From the NCBI GenBank assembly GCA_038562165.1, contig JBCFAO010000019.1, positions 995-64,994 of the forward strand: a stretch of DNA of 64,000 bases. Direction: 5' to 3'. Within the stretch, counting starts at the first letter, position 1. Each line of letters begins with the position of its first letter. The translations under genes were made by a program, and so were the position numbers. The notes below the pieces were generated by a model. It saw only the letters and a program-made list of their open reading frames with translations, made no database searches and was not told the DNA's origin. This stretch comes from Clostridiales bacterium. Lineage in GTDB: Bacteria > Bacillota > Peptococcia > DRI-13 > UBA5745. Below, piece after piece: positions 18,231 through 27,754 of the stretch.

Positions 18231-19007
18231 ATGAGCTATCAAGTGGTATTGCCCGTATTTGAAGGTCCCATGGATTTGCTCCTTCATTTAATCGATACTC
18301 ATAAGCTGGATATTTATAATATCCCTATCTCATTTATTACCGGCCAGTATATGGATTATCTGAAGAAGGCAGAGGAGATCGATTTGAATCTGTCCGGAGA
18401 TTTCCTGGTGATGGCCGGTACTCTTTTGGCCATCAAGGCCAAGCTGCTGCTGCCTAAAAGGCCCCAGGAAACCGCGGAAGGCATGGAGGAGCTGGATCCC
18501 AGGGACGAGCTGGTGGAAAAACTGCTGGAATACCGTCTCTATAAAGAAAACGCTCAGGAATTGAAGAAGATGGAGTCCAGCCAAACCCGGATTTATTACC
18601 GGGAAGTGGATGACAAACGTCTCTTAACTCTTTTTCCACCCCCTAATCCCATCGGCAACTTAAAAGCCGGGGATCTTCATAAGGCTTTTCAAGAGGTACT
18701 GCGGCTGATGACAGCCAGAGGCCAAACCATCACCTTGCAAAAGGACACCATGAGCTTAAAGGACCATATGGATTTAATGCTCACTACCCTGGCAGGCCAC
18801 GGTGGCAGTGCTAAGTTTGCCGATTTGCTTACCCCTTGTCAGACCGTTATGGAAGTGGTCACGGCTTTTTTGGCCATGCTGGAGCTGCTGGCCAAGGGCC
18901 GGATCTGGGTCCGGCAAGACAGCCTGTTCGGCGAAATCTTTGTCTGTATTAATAATATTCCGGAAAAGGAGGAGCCAGCCTTTGAATCTATATCAGCAGG
19001 AGACTAA
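18231..19007 (+). CDS. scpA: Segregation and condensation protein A
   Basis: N-terminus FEGPMDLLLHLI. It is paired with scpB. Confidence 0.9.
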   Translation: MSYQVVLPVFEGPMDLLLHLIDTHKLDIYNIPISFITGQYMDYLKKAEEIDLNLSGDFLVMAGTLLAIKAKLLLPKRPQETAEGMEELDPRDELVEKLLEYRLYKENAQELKKMESSQTRIYYREVDDKRLLTLFPPPNPIGNLKAGDLHKAFQEVLRLMTARGQTITLQKDTMSLKDHMDLMLTTLAGHGGSAKFADLLTPCQTVMEVVTAFLAMLELLAKGRIWVRQDSLFGEIFVCINNIPEKEEPAFESISAGD

Positions 19008-19530
19008 AGAAATACTGGAAGCCTTGCTCCTTTGCTCCGCCGAACCCCTGACCTTATCTGCCCTCATGGAAATCACCGGTTACGAATCCGGCCAGATTTT
19101 AGAGGCCTTGAGCCTTCTGCAGCAAGAATATGTCCAGCAGGGCCGGGGTTTTGAAATCTGTGAAATTGCCGGCGGCTGGATGTTTGCCACCTTTCCCAAG
19201 CATGCTCCTTATATTGAGAAACTGGTTAAGCCCCGGCTGTCTACTTTAAGTCAGGCTTCTTTGGAGGTTTTGTCCATCATCGCCTACCGTCAGCCCATTA
19301 CCCGGGCGGAGATGGAGGAAATCCGGGGCGTTAGCTGCGACTCCTCCGTTAACACCCTGCTGGAGCGCAATTTGATCCGGGAATCGGGCCGCAAGGACGC
19401 TCCCGGCAGGCCTATTTTGTTTTCCACCACTACAGATTTTCTGAAATATTTCGGCTTGACTTCTCTGCAGGATCTGCCGGCTTTGGAGAGATTACAGACG
19501 GAGGAAACAAGCCCCTTAAATAACGAATAG
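18982..19530 (+). CDS. scpB: Segregation and condensation protein B
   Basis: TTG 18982 follows the SD AAAAGGAGGAG. EALLLCSAEPLTL and AYRQPITRAEMEEIRGV motifs are present. The ORF-track start at 18802 would overlap scpA. Confidence 0.88.
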   Translation: MNLYQQETKEILEALLLCSAEPLTLSALMEITGYESGQILEALSLLQQEYVQQGRGFEICEIAGGWMFATFPKHAPYIEKLVKPRLSTLSQASLEVLSIIAYRQPITRAEMEEIRGVSCDSSVNTLLERNLIRESGRKDAPGRPILFSTTTDFLKYFGLTSLQDLPALERLQTEETSPLNNE

Positions 19531-19571
19531 AAAGTTTAAGTGCAGACTTGCAATATTAGGAGGTACCCACA

Positions 19572-20498
19572 GTGTCCTTATACATCAAAACGCCCCTCTT
19601 GGAGATGCTTGATTACAGCGGCGCTAACAGGTCCGTCAGCCTGAAGATGGAAGCCTATCAGCCGGTTGGTTCTTTTAAGCTGAGAGGAATTGAAACCTTG
19701 TGCAAACAGGCGATTCAGGGGGGAGCGAGGCACTTGGTTTCCTCTTCCGGCGGCAATGCCGGTTTAGCCACAGCTTATGCAGGCAGGAAGCTGGGAATAA
19801 AAACTACGGTGGTTCTTCCGAAAACCACGCCGGCATTTGTCATCGATAAGCTTGAAAAAGAAAAGGCTGCGGTAACGATACAGGGAGGGGTCTGGGACGA
19901 AGCAAACGCTTACGCTTTATCCTTGGTTTCGACAAAGGAAACCGCTTATATCCCGCCCTTTGACCATCCCGCCTTATGGGAAGGCCATTCCACAATGATA
20001 GACGAATTAAAGGCAGACTGCGCGGAACAACCGGATTTGGTTGTGCTGTCTGTGGGCGGCGGCGGTCTTATGTGCGGCGTGATGGAGGGGCTGCTCAAAA
20101 ACCGCTGGGAAGCCACCCGTATTCTTGCCGTCGAGACAGAGGGAGCGGCCTCGTTATATCAATCAGTCAAAAGCAACCGCCTTGTTCAATTGGATAAAAT
20201 TGATACCAGCGCAAGCAGCTTAGGCGCAAAGCAGGTGACGCCAAAGGCCTTGGAATACGCCAACAGGTATAATATCTCCCCTTACTTAGTGTCCGATGAA
20301 TCGGCCAACAAGGCTTGCGTGCGGTTTCTCGAAGAATACAGAACAATGATTGAACCGGCCTGCGGGGCGTCTTTGTCCGTTGTTTACGACAATAGCCCTG
20401 TTTTGCAGGATTATAAGAATATCGTGATCATCGTTTGCGGCGGCGCCGTTGTCAATATAGAAAAAATAATGACTTGGAAAGAACAATACCGTTTGTAA
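19572..20498 (+). CDS. PLP-dependent serine/threonine dehydratase family protein
   Basis: SFKLRG carries the PLP lysine. A GGGGL loop is present. GTG start with SD AGGAGG. Confidence 0.82.
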   Translation: MSLYIKTPLLEMLDYSGANRSVSLKMEAYQPVGSFKLRGIETLCKQAIQGGARHLVSSSGGNAGLATAYAGRKLGIKTTVVLPKTTPAFVIDKLEKEKAAVTIQGGVWDEANAYALSLVSTKETAYIPPFDHPALWEGHSTMIDELKADCAEQPDLVVLSVGGGGLMCGVMEGLLKNRWEATRILAVETEGAASLYQSVKSNRLVQLDKIDTSASSLGAKQVTPKALEYANRYNISPYLVSDESANKACVRFLEEYRTMIEPACGASLSVVYDNSPVLQDYKNIVIIVCGGAVVNIEKIMTWKEQYRL

Positions 20499-20570
20499 TG
20501 AGAATTTCTGCCGGGGAATTGGCCGCAACAAGCCTTTTCTCCGGTTTTCTTTTGTATATTTTGCCAGTTC

Positions 20571-21140
20571 TTGGCCAACACTAAAGCCATGCTTACCGCA
20601 ATCATTTCTATACTTATCATCATTATATTTCTGCTGCTGTGGCCCTTTACCTTCAAAATAAAAGGCCGGCTGGAAGAAAATCCGCTGCATTTTCGCTGTC
20701 AGGTGAGAATGGGGCCTTTTCGCTATACCCTTTTTCCCATCAAAAGCAGGGATGAGGCGGTGAATATGGAAAAGGCCGGCAGCACAGCGGCCCTGCCGGC
20801 AATCCGCTACCTGGCGAAGCATATCAGTATCCGGAAAGCGACCTGGCAGTTGGCCTATTCCTTGCCTGATGCCGCAGATGTGGCTTTAAGCGGCGGCATC
20901 CTGCTGTCTTGCTTCGATCTGGCTGCCCTCTGGCTGCAGGCTAAAAGCGGCAAGAGGCACAAGGTGGTCTCTTATAGCCTAAAGCCCGGCTTTGGCGGCG
21001 GTTACAGCCTGTCCGGAGAGTTTTTATGTATGCTGCGGCTAAACCTGGGGCATATTGTGGTTAGTTTAGGTATTTTTATGATTCAGCAGCGCAGGCTGCG
21101 AAAAAGGGAGGGTATAGCTTATGGAACAGCATCCTATTGA
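20571..21140 (+). CDS. ytfI: YtfI-like (DUF2953) sporulation-associated membrane protein
   Basis: It has an N-terminal TM segment and sits immediately upstream of ytfJ with a small overlap, as in Bacillus. Confidence 0.6.
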   Translation: MANTKAMLTAIISILIIIIFLLLWPFTFKIKGRLEENPLHFRCQVRMGPFRYTLFPIKSRDEAVNMEKAGSTAALPAIRYLAKHISIRKATWQLAYSLPDAADVALSGGILLSCFDLAALWLQAKSGKRHKVVSYSLKPGFGGGYSLSGEFLCMLRLNLGHIVVSLGIFMIQQRRLRKREGIAYGTASY

Positions 21141-21651
21141 AGGTTTGATGCGAACGGCTCTGGAAAACATCAAGGATATGGTGGACGTCAGCACAGTGGT
21201 AGGGGATCCCATTGATAATGGCAGCGGTATATTTATGGTGCCCATTTGTAAGGTTAGTTGCGGCTTTGTCTCCGGCGGCAGCGAGTTCGGCAGCCTGGAG
21301 ATAGGCGGCTCGGGCAACAACGGCAACGGCGGCGGCAAATCCCAGCAAAAAGAGAGCAACCCCCAGGCCCCTGCCAATTCAGCAAGCGGCAGTTCAGCCA
21401 ATGTCAAACCGACCTTTCCTTTCGGCGGCGGCAGCGGCGCCGGCGTGGGCATCACGCCCATCGGCTTTCTGGTAGTTCAGGGAGATCAGGTACGTTTGGT
21501 TACTTTGGACAGTACGGTAAATCTGGTGGAACGGGTGGCTGATTTGACGCCGAAAGCCATCGAAAAGCTGAAGCAGGTGTTGAGCAAAAAAGCCCCTGCC
21601 CCAAGCGATGCCGGCAGCACAGCAACAAATTTAAGCGGCATAGATATTTAA
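21121..21651 (+). CDS. ytfJ: Sporulation protein YtfJ/GerW
   Basis: PIEGLMRTALENIKDMVDVSTVVGDPI and GAGVGITPIGFLVV motifs. A Gly/Asn/Ser-rich insert is present. Confidence 0.88.
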   Translation: MEQHPIEGLMRTALENIKDMVDVSTVVGDPIDNGSGIFMVPICKVSCGFVSGGSEFGSLEIGGSGNNGNGGGKSQQKESNPQAPANSASGSSANVKPTFPFGGGSGAGVGITPIGFLVVQGDQVRLVTLDSTVNLVERVADLTPKAIEKLKQVLSKKAPAPSDAGSTATNLSGIDI

Positions 21652-21767
21652 CAGACTATCATCTCGTTGAAACGCATGCAGGTAAGAAAATTTTCTACAC
21701 ACGAAAATTTTCTTCTTAGGCGTTATAGGGAAAAGCCTCCGCCCATAAGTTAAACGAAGGGACGGAG

Positions 21768-22361
21768 GTGGGACAGTTGTTGTCGAAAATCTGGCTGGGT
21801 ATGATTCTGATCGGTGGGGCCTACGGCATATTAAAGGGAGAAGGCAGCGCCGTACTTCAGGCGGCGATTGCCGCGGCGGAGGCGGCGGTAAAAAACGGCT
21901 TGCAGCTAGCGGGAATATTGGCCTTTTGGCTAGGGGTTATGGAAGTGGCCCAGCGTTCCGGCCTGGTGGAAAAAATGGCCAAGGCTTGCCGGCCTTTGCT
22001 GGTCAAGCTGTTTCCCTCCCTGCCGCCGGACCACCCGGCCCTGGGCAGCATTTTACTGAATCTTACCGCTAATTTTCTCGGCATGGGCAATGCCGCTACG
22101 CCTTTTGGCCTGAAAGCCATGGAGCAGATGGATCAGCTAGCCGGCCATACCGGCACAGCCAGCGACGCCATGTGCACTTTTCTGGCTTTAAATGCCGCCG
22201 GACTAACCATTATCCCCACTACTGTTTTAGGCCTGCGGCTGGCTGAGGGTTCTCAATGGCCGGCAGCCTTTTTGCTGCCCATGGTGCTGACGGGACTAAC
22301 AGGTACGGCAGCCGCGTTAATCATAGACCGTCTCCTGCGCCACCGCAAAAAGGGGTGGTGA
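21768..22361 (+). CDS. spmA: Spore maturation protein A (Gate/nucleoside-recognition domain)
   Basis: SpmA-like sequence. The real start may be TTG 21777, because GTG 21768 lies inside the SD GGAGGTG. Confidence 0.85.
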   Translation: MGQLLSKIWLGMILIGGAYGILKGEGSAVLQAAIAAAEAAVKNGLQLAGILAFWLGVMEVAQRSGLVEKMAKACRPLLVKLFPSLPPDHPALGSILLNLTANFLGMGNAATPFGLKAMEQMDQLAGHTGTASDAMCTFLALNAAGLTIIPTTVLGLRLAEGSQWPAAFLLPMVLTGLTGTAAALIIDRLLRHRKKGW

Positions 22362-22363
22362 CT

Positions 22364-22873
22364 ATGGATACCGGAATAACGCTGTTGCTTTGCTTTATCT
22401 TATTGTTTGGCTATTTCCGCAAAGTGGATTTGTATGATTCCTTCGTCACCGGAGCCGCCCAGGGCATCAAAAGCGGTTTGAGTCTGATTCCCTATTTGCT
22501 GGCTATTCTATTCCCTGTATACCTTTGGCAGGGATTGGGTCTGACGGGGGCCCTTTGTGACAAGCTGGCTCCCTGGCTAGCTTTTATCGGCCTGCCCGGT
22601 GAGGTCCTACCGCTGATGATCATGAGGCCCCTTTCCGGCAGCGCCTCTCTGGGTATACTGACGGATATTTTCAGCCGCCAGGGTCCCGATTCCCCGGCGG
22701 GGCTTTTAGCCTCCATTTATCAGGGAGGCACGGATACTACTTTTTTTGTGCTTACTGTTTATTGCGGCTCCGTAGGCGTCAAAAATTACCGCCATACTTT
22801 AAAGGCCTGCCTGACGGCGGATCTGGTCGTTTATGGAGCAGGGCTCTTTTGGCTGGCCTTGCTGCTTAAATGA
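22364..22873 (+). CDS. spmB: Spore maturation protein B
   Basis: ATG 22364 lies 3 nt after the spmA stop. The sequence is SpmB-like. Confidence 0.85.
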   Translation: MDTGITLLLCFILLFGYFRKVDLYDSFVTGAAQGIKSGLSLIPYLLAILFPVYLWQGLGLTGALCDKLAPWLAFIGLPGEVLPLMIMRPLSGSASLGILTDIFSRQGPDSPAGLLASIYQGGTDTTFFVLTVYCGSVGVKNYRHTLKACLTADLVVYGAGLFWLALLLK

Positions 22874-22917
22874 ACATTTGGTATACTATTAAAAAACAGA
22901 TTAAAGGAAGCGGTATT

Positions 22918-23640
22918 TTGGAGCGTTTACAAAAATATATAGCCCGTTGTGGCCTGGCCTCCCGCCGGCAGGCTGAAGAAATAATCCGGGAGGGTAAGGT
23001 CAAAGTCAACGGTAAAGTGATAACGGAGATGGGGACCCAGATCGATCCGGAAAAGGACAGGGTAACCGTAGAGGGCCGCCGCTTGCGGACAAAAGAGGCC
23101 CAAACCTATATTTTGCTGTACAAGCCGGCGGGAGTAGTTACTACCTGCCGGGATCCTCAACGGCGAAAAACAGTGCTGGATTTGCTTCCCGGCAAAAAGC
23201 GTCTTTTTCCCGTAGGCCGTTTGGACTATGAGACGGAAGGCTTGCTGCTGCTTACCGACGACGGCGAATTGGCCAATCAATTGTCTCATCCCAAGTACAA
23301 AATCCCCAAAACCTATTTAGTGGAAACCGACGGCTTAATCACCGAAGAAAAAGCAGCCAAGCTGGCTAAAGGAGTTAAGCTGGAAGACGGCCCAACCCAG
23401 CCGGCCAAGGTAAAAATCGAGTATTACAGCCAGGAAGGCAGCCGCTTTTATCTTACCATCACCGAAGGCCGCAATCGTCAAGTGCGCCGGATGTGTCAGG
23501 CTATCGGTCTGAATGTGGTTTATCTTTGCCGTACAAAAATGGGCTTTTTGAACTTAAACGGCCTGGCCTTGGGGGGCCATCGCCGGCTTAAAACCCAGGA
23601 AGTAAAGAAATTAATGGCATTAGTTGGCCAGTCCTCTTAG
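22918..23640 (+). CDS. rluB: 23S rRNA pseudouridine synthase RluB family
   Basis: S4 domain LQKYIARCGLASRRQAEE. Catalytic motif GRLDYETEGLLLLT. TTG 22918 with an AGGAAG SD is preferred. ATG 22870 is an alternative start. Confidence 0.88.
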   Translation: MERLQKYIARCGLASRRQAEEIIREGKVKVNGKVITEMGTQIDPEKDRVTVEGRRLRTKEAQTYILLYKPAGVVTTCRDPQRRKTVLDLLPGKKRLFPVGRLDYETEGLLLLTDDGELANQLSHPKYKIPKTYLVETDGLITEEKAAKLAKGVKLEDGPTQPAKVKIEYYSQEGSRFYLTITEGRNRQVRRMCQAIGLNVVYLCRTKMGFLNLNGLALGGHRRLKTQEVKKLMALVGQSS

Positions 23641-23763
23641 GGGATCTCAAAAGGGATTGCCTCTGGAATTGCCGATTAAGGAGCCTGCCTTGAAATACCT
23701 TGCAATCTTGAGCAGAAAATAGTAAAATTAAGATTGGACATTAACGAGGGTAGAGGCGTATTG

Positions 23764-24210
23764 ATGGAACACGGATCAAAGAAAATCTCATCGGCTGCAA
23801 TTCGCATGGCATTGACGGACACAAGAGAGGATGAGCAGACCTTAAAAAAAGAGCTGGCACTGATCGGTATTCGCGCCGTCGCAGTAGATTATGGCGGCGA
23901 TTTTGCCATGTCCACAAAAAAGATTATCGAGAGAGCCATTGTTGCCGCAAAGCGGGAGCAGGTCATCAAGGATAACCACTACGATGAGGGAGCCGTAGCC
24001 GGCGCCACCCGGGAAGCTTTAGGCCAGATTTTAAATAAGGCCTTCGGTCTTAATGTAGGAGGCAAGCTGGCTATTGCCCGCAGCGGTGATCATATTACGG
24101 TTTGCGTTTATTTGGCCATCGGCCTTCTTCATTTGAATGAGATTGCCATCGGCTTAGCTCATCGAGTGGCGCCGGATCTCAGGACAGGGGAGGGAGCCTC
24201 ATCCAGGTAA
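23764..24210 (+). CDS. HutP-family RNA-binding regulator homolog
   Basis: Resembles HutP (HYDEGAVAGATREALGQI compared with HALYHATMEALHGV, and the C-terminus IGLAHRV). It runs about 14 codons past the usual family end and overlaps the cmk start. Confidence 0.65.
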   Translation: MEHGSKKISSAAIRMALTDTREDEQTLKKELALIGIRAVAVDYGGDFAMSTKKIIERAIVAAKREQVIKDNHYDEGAVAGATREALGQILNKAFGLNVGGKLAIARSGDHITVCVYLAIGLLHLNEIAIGLAHRVAPDLRTGEGASSR

Positions 24211-24872
24211 GTATAGACGGACCTGCCGGAGCAGGCAAAAGCAGCGTGGCTAAAGCCTTAGCCGCTAATCTGGGCTTTATCCATATCGACACCGGCGCTA
24301 TGTACAGAGCCTTGACTTGGCTGGCTTTGCAGCAAGGCATTCCTTTGACGGATGAGCAGGCTCTAGGCCGGCTGGCCCGGGAAGCTGTTATTGATTTCCG
24401 GACAGGGCAGGACGCCGAAGCAAGCCAACAAGTGTTCTGCCAAGGGCAAAATGTTACGGAAGTAATCCGCAGCCAGGAGGTTAGCCGGGCAGTTTCCCAA
24501 GTGGCTGCTGTGGCAGGGGTCAGGGAAGCGCTGACCGGAGCCCAGCGGCGTTTAGCGGCTCACCGGGATGTGGTCATGGACGGCAGAGATATTGGCACTG
24601 TTGTTTTGCCCCAGGCTGATTGCAAGATTTATTTGACGGCTTCCGTAGAGGAACGGGCTTTGCGCCGCTGGAAAGAAAGAGAGGCCAAAGACCGGGATCA
24701 GACTCTGGAGGACATCGTTCAGGATATTGCCAGGCGGGATTATGAAGATACCCACAGAATTACCAGTCCTTTACGGCCGGCGGCAGACAGCATTTTACTT
24801 GATTCCACGGCTCTGAGCTTTCAGGAGGTTGTGGAAAAAGCTCTTGCTCTTGTCCGCTCGGTACAAGCTTGA
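24201..24872 (+). CDS. cmk: Cytidylate kinase (start assigned to non-canonical ATC 24201)
   Basis: The P-loop IDGPAGAGKS is encoded at 24213-24242, upstream of the only canonical start (GTG 24246). The frame is open only from 24159 and has no ATG, GTG or TTG in that stretch. The SD GGGGAGGGAG lies 5-12 nt before ATC 24201. Confidence 0.8.
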   Translation: MQVSIDGPAGAGKSSVAKALAANLGFIHIDTGAMYRALTWLALQQGIPLTDEQALGRLAREAVIDFRTGQDAEASQQVFCQGQNVTEVIRSQEVSRAVSQVAAVAGVREALTGAQRRLAAHRDVVMDGRDIGTVVLPQADCKIYLTASVEERALRRWKEREAKDRDQTLEDIVQDIARRDYEDTHRITSPLRPAADSILLDSTALSFQEVVEKALALVRSVQA

Positions 24873-24875
24873 TAA

Positions 24876-25514
24876 ATGGAGAATCACTGCATGTTGTATC
24901 AATTTGTCTATCACGTTGTGGCACCATGGATCGTCGGCCCTTTTCTCAAGCTGTTTAACCGGGTAGAGGTCAAGGGTCTGGATCGCATTCCGGCCCAGGG
25001 GCCGGCAGTGATCATCGGCAACCATATCAGTCTATGGGATCCTATTTATTTGTACTGTTTGATTCGCCGGCACAGCTATTTCATGGCCAAAGCGGAGCTC
25101 TTCGATATACCGGTCATTGGTTTTCTTTTGCGCCGTATCAATGTTTTTCCCGTCAAACGCAACAGCCTTGACCGCCAAGCGCTGAAAAAAGCTGCGCAAG
25201 TCTTAGAGCAAGGCCACCTGCTGGTAATTTTTCCCGAGGGCAGCCGCAGCAAGACGGGAGAGCTGCAGCCTTTTAAGCAAGGAGCCGCCCTTTTTGCCCA
25301 CCGGGCAGGAGCCGCCGTTGTCCCTGTATTATTTGAGAATACAACAAAAACTTTTCCCAGAGCCATTGGCCAAAAAATCCGAATTATTTGCGGCGATCCT
25401 TTAGATCTTACGGAATTTCAAGGCAGAAAAAGCGATGCCGCTTTATTGGACGACATGACGGACAGATTCCGTCAAGGCATCGTTAGTCTGCAAAAGGAGG
25501 CGTCCCAGGCTTGA
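24876..25514 (+). CDS. plsC: 1-acyl-sn-glycerol-3-phosphate acyltransferase
   Basis: NHISLWD (HxxxxD) and FPEGSRS motifs. ATG 24891 is an alternative start. Confidence 0.88.
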   Translation: MENHCMLYQFVYHVVAPWIVGPFLKLFNRVEVKGLDRIPAQGPAVIIGNHISLWDPIYLYCLIRRHSYFMAKAELFDIPVIGFLLRRINVFPVKRNSLDRQALKKAAQVLEQGHLLVIFPEGSRSKTGELQPFKQGAALFAHRAGAAVVPVLFENTTKTFPRAIGQKIRIICGDPLDLTEFQGRKSDAALLDDMTDRFRQGIVSLQKEASQA

Positions 25515-27664
25515 GGGAGGGAAAGAACCCCCATCAGGGGATAGAGGTTATTTTAGCCGGCAAATCCGGTATGTGCTTTGGCGTCAAGCGGGCTTTGGAT
25601 TTAGCCCGGCAGACCGGCGCCCCGGGTGAAACTGGCGAGCCTCAGGACAACAAACCCAGGGCCTGGGTGCTGGGTCAATTGGTTCACAACCGGCAAGTAT
25701 CTGACTGGCTCGCCCGTCAAGGCATTAAGGAGATCGGCAGTACAGAGCTGAAAGACCATGAAGCCGGCGGTATATACATTGTACCCAGCCATGGCAAAGG
25801 GCCTCTTATCTATGATATAATAGAGAAAAAAGGCGGCACCCTTGTAGACGCTACTTGCCCCTTTGTAAGCCAGGCCTTAAAAAAGGCTAAAAGCCTCCAG
25901 GCAGAGGATTATTTTCTGCTGATTTACGGCGATCCCGGCCACGAGGAAGTCATTGGCTACCAGGAATGGCTGGGTGAGGGTTGCCGGGTGGTTAAGGATT
26001 TTGAGACGGAAATGCAAGACTTTCCACTGCCTTCAAGGTTGGCCGTCATGGCTCAAACCACAGCAAATCAAGCAGAGTTCAGCAGGTTTATCGATTGGTT
26101 ACACGAAAAAGGCTATCAGCCCTTAGTATTAGATACAATTTGCAGCGCCACAAAGGAGCGGCGGGAAGCAGCAGAAAATCTGGCCGCCCGGGTGGATGCT
26201 ATGGTGGTGATCGGTGGCAAAAATAGTGCCAATACAAAAAATTTAGCGGCATACTGTCAAAAACTGACGCCAACCTTTCTGATCGAGACGAAAGAAGACA
26301 TCGATCCGTCATGGTTTGCGGGGATAAAATCTATAGGGATCACCGCAGGGGCTTCTACCCCTGAGTGGATAATCAAGGAGGTTGTTGAGATGATGGAAGA
26401 GTTCAAAGACCAGGAGCAAGTGCAAGAGCAGACGGTGGCTGCTCAGGAGAACGAAACAGATCACGAGGTGGAGGCAAATTTCTCCGACATGGAAGCGGAA
26501 ATGGGCTGCCTGGAATTCCATCCCGGTGATGTAGTTAAAGGAACTGTGGTTAAAGTCTCTCCCGATGAAGTACTGGTGGATATCGGTTATAAGTCGGAGG
26601 GAATCATTCCTGCCTTTGAGCTTGCTTTCACCAAAGTTGACCCCCAAACGGTAGCTAAAGTAGGGGATGAAATCAGTGTTGAAGTGGTGAAGGAAGACCG
26701 GGAAGGCAATGTCATCCTTTCCCGTAAAAATGCATTATTTGAAGAGCGGATTAATGCTCTTGAAGAGGCTTTCGAAAAAGGCGAACCGGTTACAGCCACG
26801 GTTATTGATGTAGTTAAAGGCGGCCTGCTGGTAGATGTGGGTATGAGGGGCTTTGTTCCTGCGTCCCATGTTGAACGGGGCTTTGTGAAGGATCTCAGCG
26901 AGTACCTGAAACAGACTCTGGATTTCAAGATTCTGGAGTTGAACCGCCAGGGCCGCAAGGTAATTTTATCCCGGAAAGCTCTGCTGGAAGAAGAGTATCA
27001 GAAAGTCAAAGAGAGCTTCTGGAGTACTATTGAAGAAGGCCAGACCAGAAAAGGCATCGTGAAGCGGCTGACGGATTTCGGCGCTTTTGTGGATATCGGC
27101 GGCTGCGACGGTCTTCTCCACGTATCAGAAATGGGCTGGGGCAAAGTTGCCAAACCTGCCGATGTAGTGGCCATCAATGACGAAATCGAAGTCTACATCT
27201 TAAAAGTAGACCGGGAAAAAGAAAAAATCTCCCTCAGCCTGAAAAAGCTTATTCCCAATCCTTGGGATCTGGCTTCCGAGAAGTATCAGGTGGGCGGCAC
27301 CTATACCGGTAAGGTAATGCGGGGCGCTTCCTTTGGTGCTTTCATTCAATTGGAGCCCAATCTGGAAGGTTTGGCCCACATCTCCCAGTTGGCCAGATTC
27401 CGTGTCAACAAGGTAGAAGATGTGCTTACCGAAGGCATGGAGATTCCCGTCAAGATTCTGGACATCAATCTGGAGAAGAAGCGGATCAGCTTAAGCGTTA
27501 AGGAAGCTATCGACCTGCCTAAGCTGACGAAAGACGAAGTCCAGGAAGAAGAAAAAGCCGCCCCGGCCGCCGCCAGCGTTGCCGCTGAAGCAGCTCCGGA
27601 GCAAGCAGAGACGAAAGAGGATGAGACCCAGGCGGATGCCGTCAATGAAGCCATTGAAGAATAA
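25511..27664 (+). CDS. ispH: Fusion protein: 4-hydroxy-3-methylbut-2-enyl diphosphate reductase (IspH/LytB) plus four ribosomal-protein-S1 domains
   Basis: The N-terminal ~290 aa are IspH-like (CFGVKRA, GASTPEW). The C-terminal ~400 aa contain four S1/OB repeats (GDVVKGTVVKV, VTATVIDVVKGG, GIVKRLTDFGAFV, GKVMRGASFGAFI). TTG start with SD AAAGGAGG. Confidence 0.9.
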   Translation: MREGKNPHQGIEVILAGKSGMCFGVKRALDLARQTGAPGETGEPQDNKPRAWVLGQLVHNRQVSDWLARQGIKEIGSTELKDHEAGGIYIVPSHGKGPLIYDIIEKKGGTLVDATCPFVSQALKKAKSLQAEDYFLLIYGDPGHEEVIGYQEWLGEGCRVVKDFETEMQDFPLPSRLAVMAQTTANQAEFSRFIDWLHEKGYQPLVLDTICSATKERREAAENLAARVDAMVVIGGKNSANTKNLAAYCQKLTPTFLIETKEDIDPSWFAGIKSIGITAGASTPEWIIKEVVEMMEEFKDQEQVQEQTVAAQENETDHEVEANFSDMEAEMGCLEFHPGDVVKGTVVKVSPDEVLVDIGYKSEGIIPAFELAFTKVDPQTVAKVGDEISVEVVKEDREGNVILSRKNALFEERINALEEAFEKGEPVTATVIDVVKGGLLVDVGMRGFVPASHVERGFVKDLSEYLKQTLDFKILELNRQGRKVILSRKALLEEEYQKVKESFWSTIEEGQTRKGIVKRLTDFGAFVDIGGCDGLLHVSEMGWGKVAKPADVVAINDEIEVYILKVDREKEKISLSLKKLIPNPWDLASEKYQVGGTYTGKVMRGASFGAFIQLEPNLEGLAHISQLARFRVNKVEDVLTEGMEIPVKILDINLEKKRISLSVKEAIDLPKLTKDEVQEEEKAAPAAASVAAEAAPEQAETKEDETQADAVNEAIEE

Positions 27665-27754
27665 GCCGTCAGATAACCGTGAAATAAAAAGGCCCTAACG
27701 AAACAACGGTTTTTTATTGTCGAATCCCTTGGCAGCTTTGTCAAGGGATTCGTT

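Noticed and set aside
22256-22363. N-terminal extensions proposed by the ORF track for spmB (22256). The same applies to scpB (18802), the M50 protease (16432), spoVAD (39022), padR (49563), mntA (49557) and tgt (62426).
   Set aside because: Each extension overlaps the preceding gene or lacks an SD, while an internal start with a good SD gives a family-typical N-terminus. The coordinates were trimmed accordingly.
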